Below, piece by piece: positions 29,246 through 38,637 of a stretch of DNA of 64,000 bases; positions within the stretch are counted from its first letter, which is position 1; each line of letters begins with the position of its first letter. The stretch covers positions 4,192,001-4,256,000 of the forward strand of contig OY969696.1 in assembly GCA_963702005.1 (NCBI GenBank). Reading direction: 5' to 3'. The notes below the pieces were generated by a model. The model made no database searches. It saw only the letters and a list, made by a program, of their open reading frames with translations, and was not told the DNA's origin. Both the position numbers and the translations under genes were made by a program. This DNA comes from Candidatus Aminicenantes bacterium. GTDB lineage: Bacteria; Acidobacteriota; Aminicenantia; Aminicenantales; JAFGBC01.

Positions 29246-31885
29246 TCAGTCGGAAAAATTCCCGGGGACGGCCTTGCGGGGATTGACGACAACCTTCCCG
29301 GGCTTCCCGCTGAAGGGGAAGCTGAAGGTCTGGGCGGCCTGGTCGACGACGACCATCTCGGTCCGGGTCCGGCCCCCCTCCTTCCACTCGAGCCAGAGCG
29401 GGAAGACGAAGACCTCGCGGAGTTGTCTGACGACGACCTGGTGCTCGCTCCCGGCCGGACCGGTCATGATCTGTTGGGAGACGCGGACCTCGGGCAGGGC
29501 GTGGGAGGAGAACCATTTGTCGAAGAAACGGGACAGGTCCCGTCCCGACCGCTTTTCCAGGATTTTCTGGAAATCCCGGGTCCGGGCCGTCCGGGCATGG
29601 TAGATCTCCTGGAATTCCCGGAGGGCCCCGCACAAGACATCCTCGCCGCAGAGGTCGAGGAGCATGTTCATGATGAGGGCCGCCTTGTCGTAGATGATGG
29701 CCTGGTAAGCTTCAAAATCGAGGAGGGACAGGCGCGAGCCGAGGAGGATCGGCCCGAACACGGATTTCCGCTCGGTCCATTGAGAGAGCTTTTTAAGGAT
29801 GGCGGTATAGGCGGACTCGCCGTACTTATTACGGAGGTAGAGGATAGCCCCGAACTGGGCCATTCCTTCGCCCAGCCACAGGTCTCGGTAGGTACCCCAG
29901 GTCACGTTCTGGCCCCACCACTGGTGGGCGATTTCGTGGGCCAGGAAGTATTCCTTCCAGCGGGATAGGTCGACCGGACTATCGACGTTGATGTACATCC
30001 CGCGGTTTCCGATCCGGGGGATTTCATTGAGGACGACGAAGGAGGCCGGGCTGTGCCCCCCCGCCGCGGGCCAGATCCGGTGGACGATGCCGAGCTTCTC
30101 GAACGGGAATGGGCCGAACCGGCTTTCGAAGAAGGCGAGGATGTCCTGGGCGGCGGCGAAATCTTCGTTCTGGTAGTCCCGGACTTCGGGAGAGACGAGG
30201 ACCCTGATGGGCAGGGCGGCGCAGGCCTGAGGGCCCTTCTCGAAACGCCCCGTGATGAAGGCGAGGTATTTGACGGGGGACTTGGTCACGAAGCGGTAAA
30301 CCCCGCTGCCGACGTCGTCCAGTTCCTCGACCCGCTCCATCCCCTTGAGCTCGCCCTTCTCCACGAACTCTCCGTTGGCGACGCACTTGTAGCCGGGGGG
30401 GACGATGATCTTGAGGCTCGCCTGGAAAAAGTCCTCCTTGGGAGCCGCCGGGTACCAGAACGCGGATTGGCTGTAAAGGACGCTGTCGAAGCTGACCGGC
30501 CCGAGGATGATCGCGTCCGAGATCTGGCGGCCGCTAACGACGTCCACGGTTTGCTGGGGCGGCACGAGCCGGCCCCGGTAGACGACGGTGACGGCGGCCG
30601 GGACGTCCTTGGGCGGAGGAACGATGAAGTAAATGTAGAGGATCTTCCGGAGCCGGTCCTGGGTGTAGAACAGCTCCCGCCCGGCCTCGTCGCAGATCTT
30701 CAGGATCTGAAGCTCGGGGTTGAGCGTCAGCTTGAGGACGTCGAGATGATCGATCAGGGGGACGATCTCGACCCGGGCCCTGGCCGACAGGAAGAAGGAG
30801 CGCGGCTTGAGCTCGACCTCGATCTGAGTGCGGACGACATCATAGCGCTCGCCAAAGGAGATGAACATCCGCTTCTTGTCCCCCGTCTCGGGCGGCGAGT
30901 AGAGAGAGATGATCCGGTCCTCGTCCGAGGCGTAGACGTTGACCTCGTCCTCGCCGAACGGAGAGTAGATATAGGTCAGGCCGCCGACCCGGCTCCCCTT
31001 CATCTCCAACACGGCCTCGTCGCCCTGGGGCAGGAAAGAAAACAGCTCCCCGGTCATCGAGTTCTCGATCGTGAACGAGCGCGGATAGTAGCGCATGAAC
31101 AAGGCGGCGGCCTTCTCCCGCTCGCCGGCGAGAACGGGCCGGGCGGCCTGCCCTTCGGCGGGCCGGATCCGGACCTGGTTCTGGAAGAACTGGTTCGAAC
31201 AGCGCAGGAACAGGAAGTCGAGCTTGTCTAGGATGGCATCCTTTTTATAGAAAAGCTCGAGCTGGTGTTTCTCGATCGGATCCGACGGCGTGAACTGGAC
31301 CCGGCCCCGGCCGATGACGACGAGGGCCGTATCGAGGTGGGGGATGTTGTCGTAAAAAACGAGGGCGTCCTCGAAGGCCACTTTGATGTCGACGTGGTTG
31401 ATTTCGAGGGAAGCGGCTCGCTCGACCCGGTCGGACGGAATCCGGACCTTATAGAGGTTCTCGAGAGCGCTGGTCGTGGTTTTGCCGGCGACCTGCCAGC
31501 CGCTTTCGGCCCGGACGACATCCAGGAGCCAGATCTCGAACATCCCCGAGTACTCGTTTTGGTAAAGGGCTTGGAAGCCGACTTGAACGGACGGACCCGT
31601 TTCCTGCGGCTGCTGAACTCGGGCCAGCTTGACCGTGTCCATCGAAAATGCGTCGAAAAAGTCATTCTGGATCGCCCGCTCCTTCTCCCGGATTTCGGGG
31701 GCGAAGAAGCTCAGGTAAGAATCGAACTCCTTCGCTTCCAAGGTCCTCTGAAATTCCGAGAGGAATTCTTCGAGGGTTTGATCGGCCGCCGCGGCCGGGA
31801 CGCCGGAAGCAAAGAAGCCGAGACATAGACCCAGTGCCAGGATGATTCTTAACGGGATTCCCTTCGGGATTGTCGGGCTTGGCAC
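29246..31885 (-). CDS. Secreted M1-family aminopeptidase
   Basis: LAHEIAHQWWG...WLGEG zinc motif and YDKAA. A GTG start at 31885 fits the upstream sigma54 promoter and GAGGGA. Confidence 0.85.
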   Translation of the reverse strand: MPSPTIPKGIPLRIILALGLCLGFFASGVPAAAADQTLEEFLSEFQRTLEAKEFDSYLSFFAPEIREKERAIQNDFFDAFSMDTVKLARVQQPQETGPSVQVGFQALYQNEYSGMFEIWLLDVVRAESGWQVAGKTTTSALENLYKVRIPSDRVERAASLEINHVDIKVAFEDALVFYDNIPHLDTALVVIGRGRVQFTPSDPIEKHQLELFYKKDAILDKLDFLFLRCSNQFFQNQVRIRPAEGQAARPVLAGEREKAAALFMRYYPRSFTIENSMTGELFSFLPQGDEAVLEMKGSRVGGLTYIYSPFGEDEVNVYASDEDRIISLYSPPETGDKKRMFISFGERYDVVRTQIEVELKPRSFFLSARARVEIVPLIDHLDVLKLTLNPELQILKICDEAGRELFYTQDRLRKILYIYFIVPPPKDVPAAVTVVYRGRLVPPQQTVDVVSGRQISDAIILGPVSFDSVLYSQSAFWYPAAPKEDFFQASLKIIVPPGYKCVANGEFVEKGELKGMERVEELDDVGSGVYRFVTKSPVKYLAFITGRFEKGPQACAALPIRVLVSPEVRDYQNEDFAAAQDILAFFESRFGPFPFEKLGIVHRIWPAAGGHSPASFVVLNEIPRIGNRGMYINVDSPVDLSRWKEYFLAHEIAHQWWGQNVTWGTYRDLWLGEGMAQFGAILYLRNKYGESAYTAILKKLSQWTERKSVFGPILLGSRLSLLDFEAYQAIIYDKAALIMNMLLDLCGEDVLCGALREFQEIYHARTARTRDFQKILEKRSGRDLSRFFDKWFSSHALPEVRVSQQIMTGPAGSEHQVVVRQLREVFVFPLWLEWKEGGRTRTEMVVVDQAAQTFSFPFSGKPGKVVVNPRKAVPGNFSD

Positions 31886-31914
31886 CTTGTTACATCCCTC
31901 TGACCATTTGGATA

Positions 31915-31930
31915 AGCATGAAATGTGCCA
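31915..31930 (-). promoter_or_regulatory. Sigma54 (-24/-12) promoter
   Basis: Minus strand TGGCACATTTCATGCT (GG-N10-GC). Confidence 0.65.
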
Positions 31931-32031
31931 AGGGAGAACTCGCGCCACCATCGAAGCCAGGCCTAAACATGGACGTCAAAGCCGGGCCGCACGGGCGGGA
32001 TTGTAAAATTAATTTACAGCCCGGCCGGCCG

Positions 32032-32481
32032 CTATTTGGACGGCTCTTTCTTCTTTCCGCCCTTCTTGAGCTTCTCTTCCCAGGTGACGAAGCTGTGATA
32101 GAAGATGTGATCGCCCTCGTCGATCCCCCGGGTGATTTCCGTAATGTGGGAGGTCGTCGCCCCGAACGCTTCGACGGCGTAGATGACGGCTTTTTCGGGA
32201 TCGATATTGTTGCCGCAGGTGTAGATGTCGAGAGCGCCGTAGCGCATCTCCGGCCAGGTGTGGGTCGAGATATGGGACTCGGAGATAACGACGACGCCGC
32301 TCACGCCGTTCGGGGGGAATCGGCTGAAGGAAATGGCCCAGACTTGGGCGCCGGCGATCTCGGCGGCCTTGACCAGGATCTCCTGGACCTTCTCGATGCT
32401 TCCGATGATCTTGGGATCGCAGCCGGACGATTCGACGATGTAATGATGCCCGGTGGGCTCGTAGACTTTCTTGGGGGGCAT
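32032..32481 (-). CDS. speD: S-adenosylmethionine decarboxylase proenzyme (SpeD/SpeH class 1b)
   Basis: GVSGVVVISESHISTHTWPE...DIYTCG autocleavage motif. Confidence 0.85.
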   Translation of the reverse strand: MPPKKVYEPTGHHYIVESSGCDPKIIGSIEKVQEILVKAAEIAGAQVWAISFSRFPPNGVSGVVVISESHISTHTWPEMRYGALDIYTCGNNIDPEKAVIYAVEAFGATTSHITEITRGIDEGDHIFYHSFVTWEEKLKKGGKKKEPSK

Positions 32482-32516
32482 TGTCCCGCTCCTCGCCGGA
32501 AAGGCCGGACAGCGCC

Positions 32517-32544
32517 ATTATGGCACAACGGCCCACCGTGTCAA
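32517..32544 (-). promoter_or_regulatory. Sigma70 promoter for speD whose -35 box is the end of repeat copy 4
   Basis: Minus strand TTGACA-16 bp-CATAAT with an extended -10 TG. Confidence 0.55.
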
Positions 32545-32652
32545 CCCTTCGACTCCCCGGCATGAATGCCGGGGCTTGCTCAGGGTTAACCCTGAGCCTC
32601 GCTTCTCGTCCCCGCCTTGAAAGGCGGGGCTTAGCGTCGGCGAACGGGTCAA
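32540..32652 (-). repeat. Palindromic REP/PATE-like element, copy 4 (minimal 113-bp form)
   Basis: GTCAA-CCCTTCGACT-[CCCCGGCATGAATGCCGGGG]-CTT-[GCTCAGGGTTAACCCTGAGC]-...-[CCCCGCCTTGAAAGGCGGGG]-CTTAGCGTCGGCGAACGG-GTCAA. Confidence 0.9.
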
Positions 32653-32658
32653 GGACGC

Positions 32659-33102
32659 TCAAACCTGGATCCTGCGCTCCTCCTTGACGACGTTGAGGAC
32701 GATATGGGTGACGCTCCGGTCCACATAGCGGAGGACGAGGAGGTCCTTGATGAATTTGTTGAGGTCGTCGCGACCCCGGAAGTAGCCGACGATGAGGGAA
32801 TCCCATTCCCCGGTCACGTCGTAGACGGCCATGACGCGGGGGTCCTCGGAGATTCTCTTCTGGGTTTCGAGGAGCTTGCCCTGGGAGATCCGGATGGCGA
32901 TGACCGCGGCCAGGGACAACCCGAAGTGCTCCGGATTGACGTCGGGGACATAGCCGCGGATCGTCCCCCGGCTTTCCATGTCCTTGACTTTATGGATGAC
33001 GGCCGTCACCGATGACCCCACCTCGCGGGCGATCTCCCGGAAGCTCTTCCGGGCGTTCTCGTTCAGTGCCCTGACGATCTTCTTGTCCAGGTCGTCGATC
33101 AT
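32659..33102 (-). CDS. Lrp/AsnC-family transcriptional regulator
   Basis: DDLDKKIVRALNENARKSFREIA HTH and VYDVTGEWD; divergent from glnA. Confidence 0.92.
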   Translation of the reverse strand: MIDDLDKKIVRALNENARKSFREIAREVGSSVTAVIHKVKDMESRGTIRGYVPDVNPEHFGLSLAAVIAIRISQGKLLETQKRISEDPRVMAVYDVTGEWDSLIVGYFRGRDDLNKFIKDLLVLRYVDRSVTHIVLNVVKEERRIQV

Positions 33103-33286
33103 GGCGGCCTCCCTTCATATGTTATCATATTTAGCCTTTTTTTTATCATTTGTCATTAAAAATAATATTTTAGTTGACATTCTTGGAAATTTATGGCCAT
33201 ATGTATAAGCATAATGTATCGGCTCTCCGAAGATAATCTTTTCCGGAGGGCGCCGCTTCCCATCCCACCCAATCCAGGAGGTTTCC

Positions 33287-34690
33287 ATGCATTCCGATTC
33301 CCGTCCCCTGAAAGCTTTCGGCTTTAAGGACGTCCAGGAGGTTCTGGATACGGTTCTCGACCCCGAACATAAGATCGAGTTCATCCGGATCGTCTTCCCC
33401 GACATCCTGGGCCGGCCCATGGATTTCGCCTTCCCCGCCTCGGAACTCAAGGCTGCCTTCCGGGACGGGAAGGGCTTCGACGGCTCTTCGGTCGAGGGGT
33501 TCGTCCGGATCGAGGAAAGCGACCTCGTCATCAAGCCCGACCCGGCGACCTTCCGCGTCCTGCCCTGGACCTACCGGGGCTTTTCGGAGGAGGCCGTCTG
33601 GCGGGAGGGCGTGATGTTCGGCGACATCCTGACCCCGGAAGGCAAGCCTTACGAGGGCGACAGCCGGTACGTCCTCAAACGGATCCTGGCCATGGCCCGC
33701 CAGGACTTCGGCGTCGAGGACATCAAGTGTGGACCCGAGCTCGAGTTTTTCATCTTCCCCGACGACCGGACGCCCCGGGCGATCGACGAGGGCGGCTATT
33801 TCTTCGCGGGCCGCCACGGCGAGGTCCGCAAGGAAATCCAGCTCCTCCTCCATCGGATGGGGATCGAGACCGAATACGACCACCACGAGGTCGCCCACGG
33901 CCAGCACGAGATCGACCTCTGCTATCTCAGCGCCCTGGAGATGGCCGACACCGCCATGATCTTCCGCTACGTCGTCAAGAAGGTCGCCCGGATGCACGGC
34001 CTCTACGCGACGTTCATGCCCAAGCCCATCAACGGCCAAAACGGGAGCGGCATGCATGTCCATCAGTCCCTGTGGAAGGGGGGGAAAAACCTCTTTTTCG
34101 ACCCGGATCATCCCTACCGTCTATCCGAAATGGCCCGGGGCTACATGGCCGGGCTCCTGGCCCACGCCCGGGACATCTCGGCCGTCCTCAGCCAATGGAT
34201 CAACTCCTATAAACGCCTGATCGAAGGCTACGAGGCGCCCGTTTATATCGCCTGGGGACAGCGGAACCGCTCCGCCTACATCCGAGTCCCCGAGTACCAG
34301 CCCGGCAAGGAGCGGGCGACCCGGATCGAGCTCCGCTCGCCCGACCCGGCTTGTAACATCTACCTCGCCTTCGCCGCGATGTTCGGGGCCGGGCTGGCCG
34401 GCATCCGGGACGGCGAGCGGCTTCCCGACTCGGTAGAAGAAAACATATACCACATGAGCAACTCCCGGCAGAAGAAGTTCGAGATCCGGACCCTGCCCCG
34501 CAACCTCGAAGAAGCTCTCCGGGTCATGGAAAAGAGCCCCCTCGTCCGCGAAACCCTGGGCGTCTATCTTTTCGATCGCTTCCTGGCCAACAAGCGCTGC
34601 GAGCTCGAGGAGTACACGGCGAACGTCCCGGGCGAGTTCGACAAGCAGGTCAGCGAGTACGAGGTCCTCCGCTACCTGCCTTTCCTCTGA
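33287..34690 (+). CDS. glnA: Glutamine synthetase type I
   Basis: FDGSS...ESD, GPELEFF, HHEVAHGQHEI, FMPKP...GSGMHVHQS, GYEAP, RIELRSPD. Confidence 0.95.
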   Translation: MHSDSRPLKAFGFKDVQEVLDTVLDPEHKIEFIRIVFPDILGRPMDFAFPASELKAAFRDGKGFDGSSVEGFVRIEESDLVIKPDPATFRVLPWTYRGFSEEAVWREGVMFGDILTPEGKPYEGDSRYVLKRILAMARQDFGVEDIKCGPELEFFIFPDDRTPRAIDEGGYFFAGRHGEVRKEIQLLLHRMGIETEYDHHEVAHGQHEIDLCYLSALEMADTAMIFRYVVKKVARMHGLYATFMPKPINGQNGSGMHVHQSLWKGGKNLFFDPDHPYRLSEMARGYMAGLLAHARDISAVLSQWINSYKRLIEGYEAPVYIAWGQRNRSAYIRVPEYQPGKERATRIELRSPDPACNIYLAFAAMFGAGLAGIRDGERLPDSVEENIYHMSNSRQKKFEIRTLPRNLEEALRVMEKSPLVRETLGVYLFDRFLANKRCELEEYTANVPGEFDKQVSEYEVLRYLPFL

Positions 34691-34729
34691 TTGAATCATT
34701 AGGCTCGGCCGGCGGCTCGCCGGGCGGCC

Positions 34730-34758
34730 TTGACGATCCTAGATCCATGGCTTAGAAT
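34730..34758 (+). promoter_or_regulatory. Sigma70 promoter of the sensory cassette
   Basis: TTGACG-17 bp-TAGAAT. Confidence 0.6.
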
Positions 34759-34809
34759 AATATCTAAGCGTAGGGGAAGATTATCCATCTTCCCTTCCGT
34801 CGTCAACCA

Positions 34810-35157
34810 ATGATGACCCTTAGAGAGATTCGAGACCTGCTCGGCGGGGAATTGCTTACGCCGGACTTGGATCTCGAGTCGGAATATTCAAAGGTTTTCG
34901 CTTCGGATCTGATGAGCGACGTCTTGGCCTACATGGACCCGGGATCGGTCCTGGTGACGGGACTGGTCAACGCCCATGTCGTCCGCACGGCCCGCCTGGC
35001 CGACGCCTCGGCCATCGTCCTCGTCCAGGGGAAACGTCCCGATGCGAAGGTCGTGGGCGAGGCCAGGCTCCACAATCTGCCGATCATCTCGACGGCCTGT
35101 TCCATGTTCGAAGCCTGCTCGAGAATCTCCCGCTCCTTTCCGGAAGGCGACCGATGA
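34810..35157 (+). CDS. DRTGG-domain protein
   Basis: FASDLMSDVLA...LVTGL...VVRTA motif of hydrogenase-associated DRTGG proteins. Confidence 0.8.
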   Translation: MMTLREIRDLLGGELLTPDLDLESEYSKVFASDLMSDVLAYMDPGSVLVTGLVNAHVVRTARLADASAIVLVQGKRPDAKVVGEARLHNLPIISTACSMFEACSRISRSFPEGDR

Positions 35158-35597
35158 GCGAAGACAACGCCCTTCGGCAGGAATTCCAGGTCAAGGGCGG
35201 AGATTTCAGCCGGGCCGGGGAAGTCTCCTGCGAGATCAAGAATCTTCTCAAGGAGATCGGCCTCAGCTCCCAGGTCGTCCGGCGCGCTGCGATCGCGGCC
35301 TACGAGGCCGAGATGAACATCATCATGTACGCCTGGCAGGGCCGTTTCGACCTGTCGGTCACCCCGGACCGGGTCCGGATCGTCGTCGAGGACAACGGCC
35401 CCGGCATCGAGGACGTCGAGCTGGCCCTGAGCGAGGGCTATTCGACGGCCACCCCGGAAATGCGGGAACTCGGGTTCGGCGCCGGTATGGGTCTCCCCAA
35501 CATCAAGAAGAACACCGACGACTTCCGGATCGTCTCGGAGGTTGGCCGGGGGACGCGGCTGGAATTGACGTTCCTGACCAACGGACATAAGCCATGA
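35154..35597 (+). CDS. Anti-sigma factor / Ser-Thr kinase (RsbW/RsbT-like)
   Basis: YEAEMN, DNGPGI, GYSTA, GAGMGLPN. Confidence 0.85.
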   Translation: MSEDNALRQEFQVKGGDFSRAGEVSCEIKNLLKEIGLSSQVVRRAAIAAYEAEMNIIMYAWQGRFDLSVTPDRVRIVVEDNGPGIEDVELALSEGYSTATPEMRELGFGAGMGLPNIKKNTDDFRIVSEVGRGTRLELTFLTNGHKP

Positions 35598-36868
35598 CGG
35601 AAACCAACCGCAACCCGCTTCATATCAACACGGAAAAGTGCATCGGGTGCGTTCACTGCCTGACGGCCTGTCCGACCAAGGCGATCCGGATTAAGAACGG
35701 AAAGGCCCTCATTTTCAACGAGCTGTGCATCGACTGCGGGGAATGCATCCGGTTCTGTCCCCGGGACGCTATCGATTCCCTGACGACCTCGTTCTCGGAC
35801 CTGAACGCCTTCAAATACAAGGTCGCCATCCCGGCGACCCCTCTCTACGGACAATTCGAGAATGCCACGCTCCCCAACGAGATTCTGTTCGCCCTGCGCC
35901 GGATCGGATTCGACTACGTCTACGAGCTCAGCACGATCTGCGAGCTCAACAACTCGGCCATCGAGAAATACATCGACAGCCACGCCAGGCCCCGGCCGCT
36001 CATCGCCTCAACCTGTCCCGTCGTCGTCCGCCTCATCCAGCGGCGTTTTCCTTCGCTCTGCGAACTGATCGTCCCGATCGAACCCCCGCGCGAGATCGCG
36101 GCCAAGATCCTGAGGGCCAATCTGCCCCGGGTTCTCAAGATCGCGCCCTCCGACATCGGCATCATCCACATCACGCCCTGCCCGGCGAAGATAGTCTCGA
36201 TCAACTACCCCGTCTCGATGGAAAAATCCTACCTGGACGGAGCTATCTCGATCCGGGACATCTACAACCCGATCTTTCAAGCCCTCCGGCAAAGCCAGGA
36301 AGATACGATCATGTGCCATCTCTTCCCGGAAACCCTCTTCAGCGGAATCGGGATGGGCACGGCCCTCTCGGGGGGAGAAACGCGGGGTCTCAAGCACCAT
36401 CGGACGGTCGCCGTTTCCGGAGTCCGGGATACGATCCGAGTTTTGGATCAGGTCGAAATGGGTCTTCTCAAAGACGTGGACCTCCTCGAGTGCACGGTCT
36501 GCCCGGATGGCTGCGTGGGAGGCCCGCTGGCCGTCGAAAACCGGTTCCTGGCGAAAAGCCGGATCTTGCGCTTGGTCGGCATGATGGGAGAACGGACCGT
36601 GGTCGACGACTCGGACATGAGCCAGCTCTATCATAAGGACTTCCTGTCTTTTCGCCATCCGGTGCAGCCCGTCCAGGCTCCTCCCCTCGACGGCGATCCC
36701 GCCCAGGCCATACAGAAGGCCAAGCGCCGAAACAAACTCATCAGACAGCTTCCGGGCAAAGACTGCGGGGCCTGCGGCGCTCCCGACTGCCGGACGTTGG
36801 CCGACGATGTCGTTCGCGGCCTGGCGCCCCTCTCCGATTGTCCGTTCACGAACAAGGAGAAAAAATGA
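35594..36868 (+). CDS. [FeFe]-hydrogenase-like putative sensory protein (HfsB/HydS group D-like)
   Basis: N-terminal 2x[4Fe-4S]; divergent H-cluster motifs ASTCP, TPCPAK, ECTVCPDGCVGG; C-terminal LPGKDCGACGAPDC FeS domain. Confidence 0.8.
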   Translation: MTETNRNPLHINTEKCIGCVHCLTACPTKAIRIKNGKALIFNELCIDCGECIRFCPRDAIDSLTTSFSDLNAFKYKVAIPATPLYGQFENATLPNEILFALRRIGFDYVYELSTICELNNSAIEKYIDSHARPRPLIASTCPVVVRLIQRRFPSLCELIVPIEPPREIAAKILRANLPRVLKIAPSDIGIIHITPCPAKIVSINYPVSMEKSYLDGAISIRDIYNPIFQALRQSQEDTIMCHLFPETLFSGIGMGTALSGGETRGLKHHRTVAVSGVRDTIRVLDQVEMGLLKDVDLLECTVCPDGCVGGPLAVENRFLAKSRILRLVGMMGERTVVDDSDMSQLYHKDFLSFRHPVQPVQAPPLDGDPAQAIQKAKRRNKLIRQLPGKDCGACGAPDCRTLADDVVRGLAPLSDCPFTNKEKK

Positions 36869-37206
36869 ACCTGGCCGACATCGTCGAACGGCTTGAGCTC
36901 AAGGTCTACGCCGGGCGGTCGGAGATGGCGCGGACGGTCAGCGGCGGCTACGCGAGCGACCTCCTGAGCGACGTCATCGCCCACAGCCGGAAGGACCAGC
37001 TCTGGATCACTCTCCAGGTCCATCCCAATATCGTCGCGGTCGCCGCCCTCAAGGAGCTGGCGGCGATCGTTCTCGTCAACGGACGGGAACCCGCCGCCGA
37101 AACGACCGCGCGGGCGGACAAGGAGCGGATCCCCGTCTTGGGGACCCCTCTGAGCGCCTACGAATTCGTGGGGAGGGTCTATGGTCTGGGGCTCAAAGAA
37201 AAATAA
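36865..37206 (+). CDS. DRTGG-domain protein
   Basis: GGYASDLLSDV...WITLQVHPNIVAVA. Confidence 0.8.
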   Translation: MNLADIVERLELKVYAGRSEMARTVSGGYASDLLSDVIAHSRKDQLWITLQVHPNIVAVAALKELAAIVLVNGREPAAETTARADKERIPVLGTPLSAYEFVGRVYGLGLKEK

Positions 37207-37952
37207 TGGCGCTCAGGCGCTTCCGGGCCGACCTCCATATCCATACTTGCCTGTCGCCCTGCGGAGAGCTGTCGATCTATCCGCGCAAGATCGTTGAGCG
37301 GGCCCTCGACCAGAAACTCCGGATCATCGCCGTCTGCGATCACAACACGGCGGAAAACGCGGCGGCGGTCCTCCAGGCCGCCCGCGGAACGGGGCTGACG
37401 GTCATCCCGGGCATGGAGCTGACCTCCGAGGAAGAAGTCCACATCCTGGGTCTGTTCCCGACCATGGACGATATCCTTCCCGTCCAGGAGGAGGTGTTCC
37501 GCGGGCTCCCGGCGCTCCCGGCCGAGGACAAATTCCTCAAGGATCAGGTCATCGTCAACGAGGATGACGAGGTCCTGGGTTTCAGCCCCCACTGTCTGTT
37601 CGGGGCGACCCGGCTGACCGTGTTCGAGGTCGTGGAGCTCATCCATCGGCGGAAGGGACTGGCGATCGCGTCCCATATCGACCGGGGAGCGTTCAGCATC
37701 ATCTCCCAGCTGGGGTTCATCCCTTCCGACCTCGAGCTCGACGCCCTCGAGGTCTCTCCCCTGATGACCATCCCCGAGGCCCGGGCGGCCCTCGCTCCTC
37801 CCCCCGACATCCCCCTGGTTCGTTTCTCCGATGCCCATTGCCCCGAGGAGATCGGCCGGACCACGACCGACCTCCTCCTGGCCGCCCCCGTCTTTGAAGA
37901 GGTCCGGATGGCCTTCAAGAGCGGAAAGGGACGGAGGGTCTGCGAACCATGA
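37206..37952 (+). CDS. PHP-domain phosphoesterase
   Basis: DLHIHTCLSPC, CDHN, SHIDR, SDAH. Confidence 0.85.
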   Translation: MALRRFRADLHIHTCLSPCGELSIYPRKIVERALDQKLRIIAVCDHNTAENAAAVLQAARGTGLTVIPGMELTSEEEVHILGLFPTMDDILPVQEEVFRGLPALPAEDKFLKDQVIVNEDDEVLGFSPHCLFGATRLTVFEVVELIHRRKGLAIASHIDRGAFSIISQLGFIPSDLELDALEVSPLMTIPEARAALAPPPDIPLVRFSDAHCPEEIGRTTTDLLLAAPVFEEVRMAFKSGKGRRVCEP

Positions 37953-38494
37953 TGGAGGACCTGTCCCTTCACATTCTTGACATCGTCGAGAACGCCATCG
38001 CGGCCGGAGCGACCCGGATCTTCGTGACCGTGACCGAGGACGAACGACGGGACTTCCTCGGGATCCGCGTGTCGGACAACGGGCCGGGGATGTCGCAACG
38101 GACTCTCCGGAAGGCCCTCGACCCGTTCTTCACCACGAAGGGGAAGCGGACGGGGCTCGGGCTTCCGCTCCTGGCCCAGGCGGCCGAACATTGCGGCGGA
38201 AGAGTGACGATTCGCGCGGCGCTCAACAAAGGGACGAAAGTCGCGGCCCGTTTCCGGCACGGCCACATCGACCGGCCGCCCCTGACGAACATGAAGGGGA
38301 CTCTGATGGTCATCGTCCTCGGCCACGCCGAGATCGATCTCGTCTACCGCCACAGCCGGAACGGGCGCCTCTTCGAGTTCCGGAGCCGGCGCTATCTCAA
38401 GGCCCTTGGACTTTCCGCCGCCCTGACCCCGGATGCGATCCGGGGAGTCTCGGAAGCGCTGGAAGTCGGCCTGAGACGCATCGGGAGAACTTGA
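37949..38494 (+). CDS. HATPase_c histidine-kinase-like protein
   Basis: DLSLHILDIVEN, DNGPGM, DPFFTT, GLGLP, HIDRPPL. Confidence 0.85.
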   Translation: MMEDLSLHILDIVENAIAAGATRIFVTVTEDERRDFLGIRVSDNGPGMSQRTLRKALDPFFTTKGKRTGLGLPLLAQAAEHCGGRVTIRAALNKGTKVAARFRHGHIDRPPLTNMKGTLMVIVLGHAEIDLVYRHSRNGRLFEFRSRRYLKALGLSAALTPDAIRGVSEALEVGLRRIGRT

Positions 38495-38515
38495 AGGTTG
38501 CGGTCCGTGCTTGAC

Positions 38516-38545
38516 TTGACAAAGTCCGAATCGTTCTGCTATAAA
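38516..38545 (+). promoter_or_regulatory. Sigma70 promoter of the NuoE-F-like operon
   Basis: TTGACA-18 bp-TATAAA with an extended -10 TG. Confidence 0.6.
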
Positions 38546-38637
38546 TCCAATCTCATTTTTATGTACGACGCATTTATTCTGAACCCAAACCAACATCCGC
38601 GGTCTGCTAACGATTTCCTAAAACGGGAGGGCTAGCC

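Noticed and set aside
32540-32652. IscB omegaRNA / TnpB locus suggested by GTCAA...CCCCGCC..GGCGGGGCTT
   Set aside because: There is no IscB, TnpB or TnpA ORF nearby and the element is too short for a full omegaRNA. It is kept only as a non-autonomous repeat.
38604-38621. Possible Rex operator CTGCTAACGATTTCCTAA upstream of the nuoE-like gene
   Set aside because: Too many mismatches to TTGTGAA-N4-TTCACAA to support.
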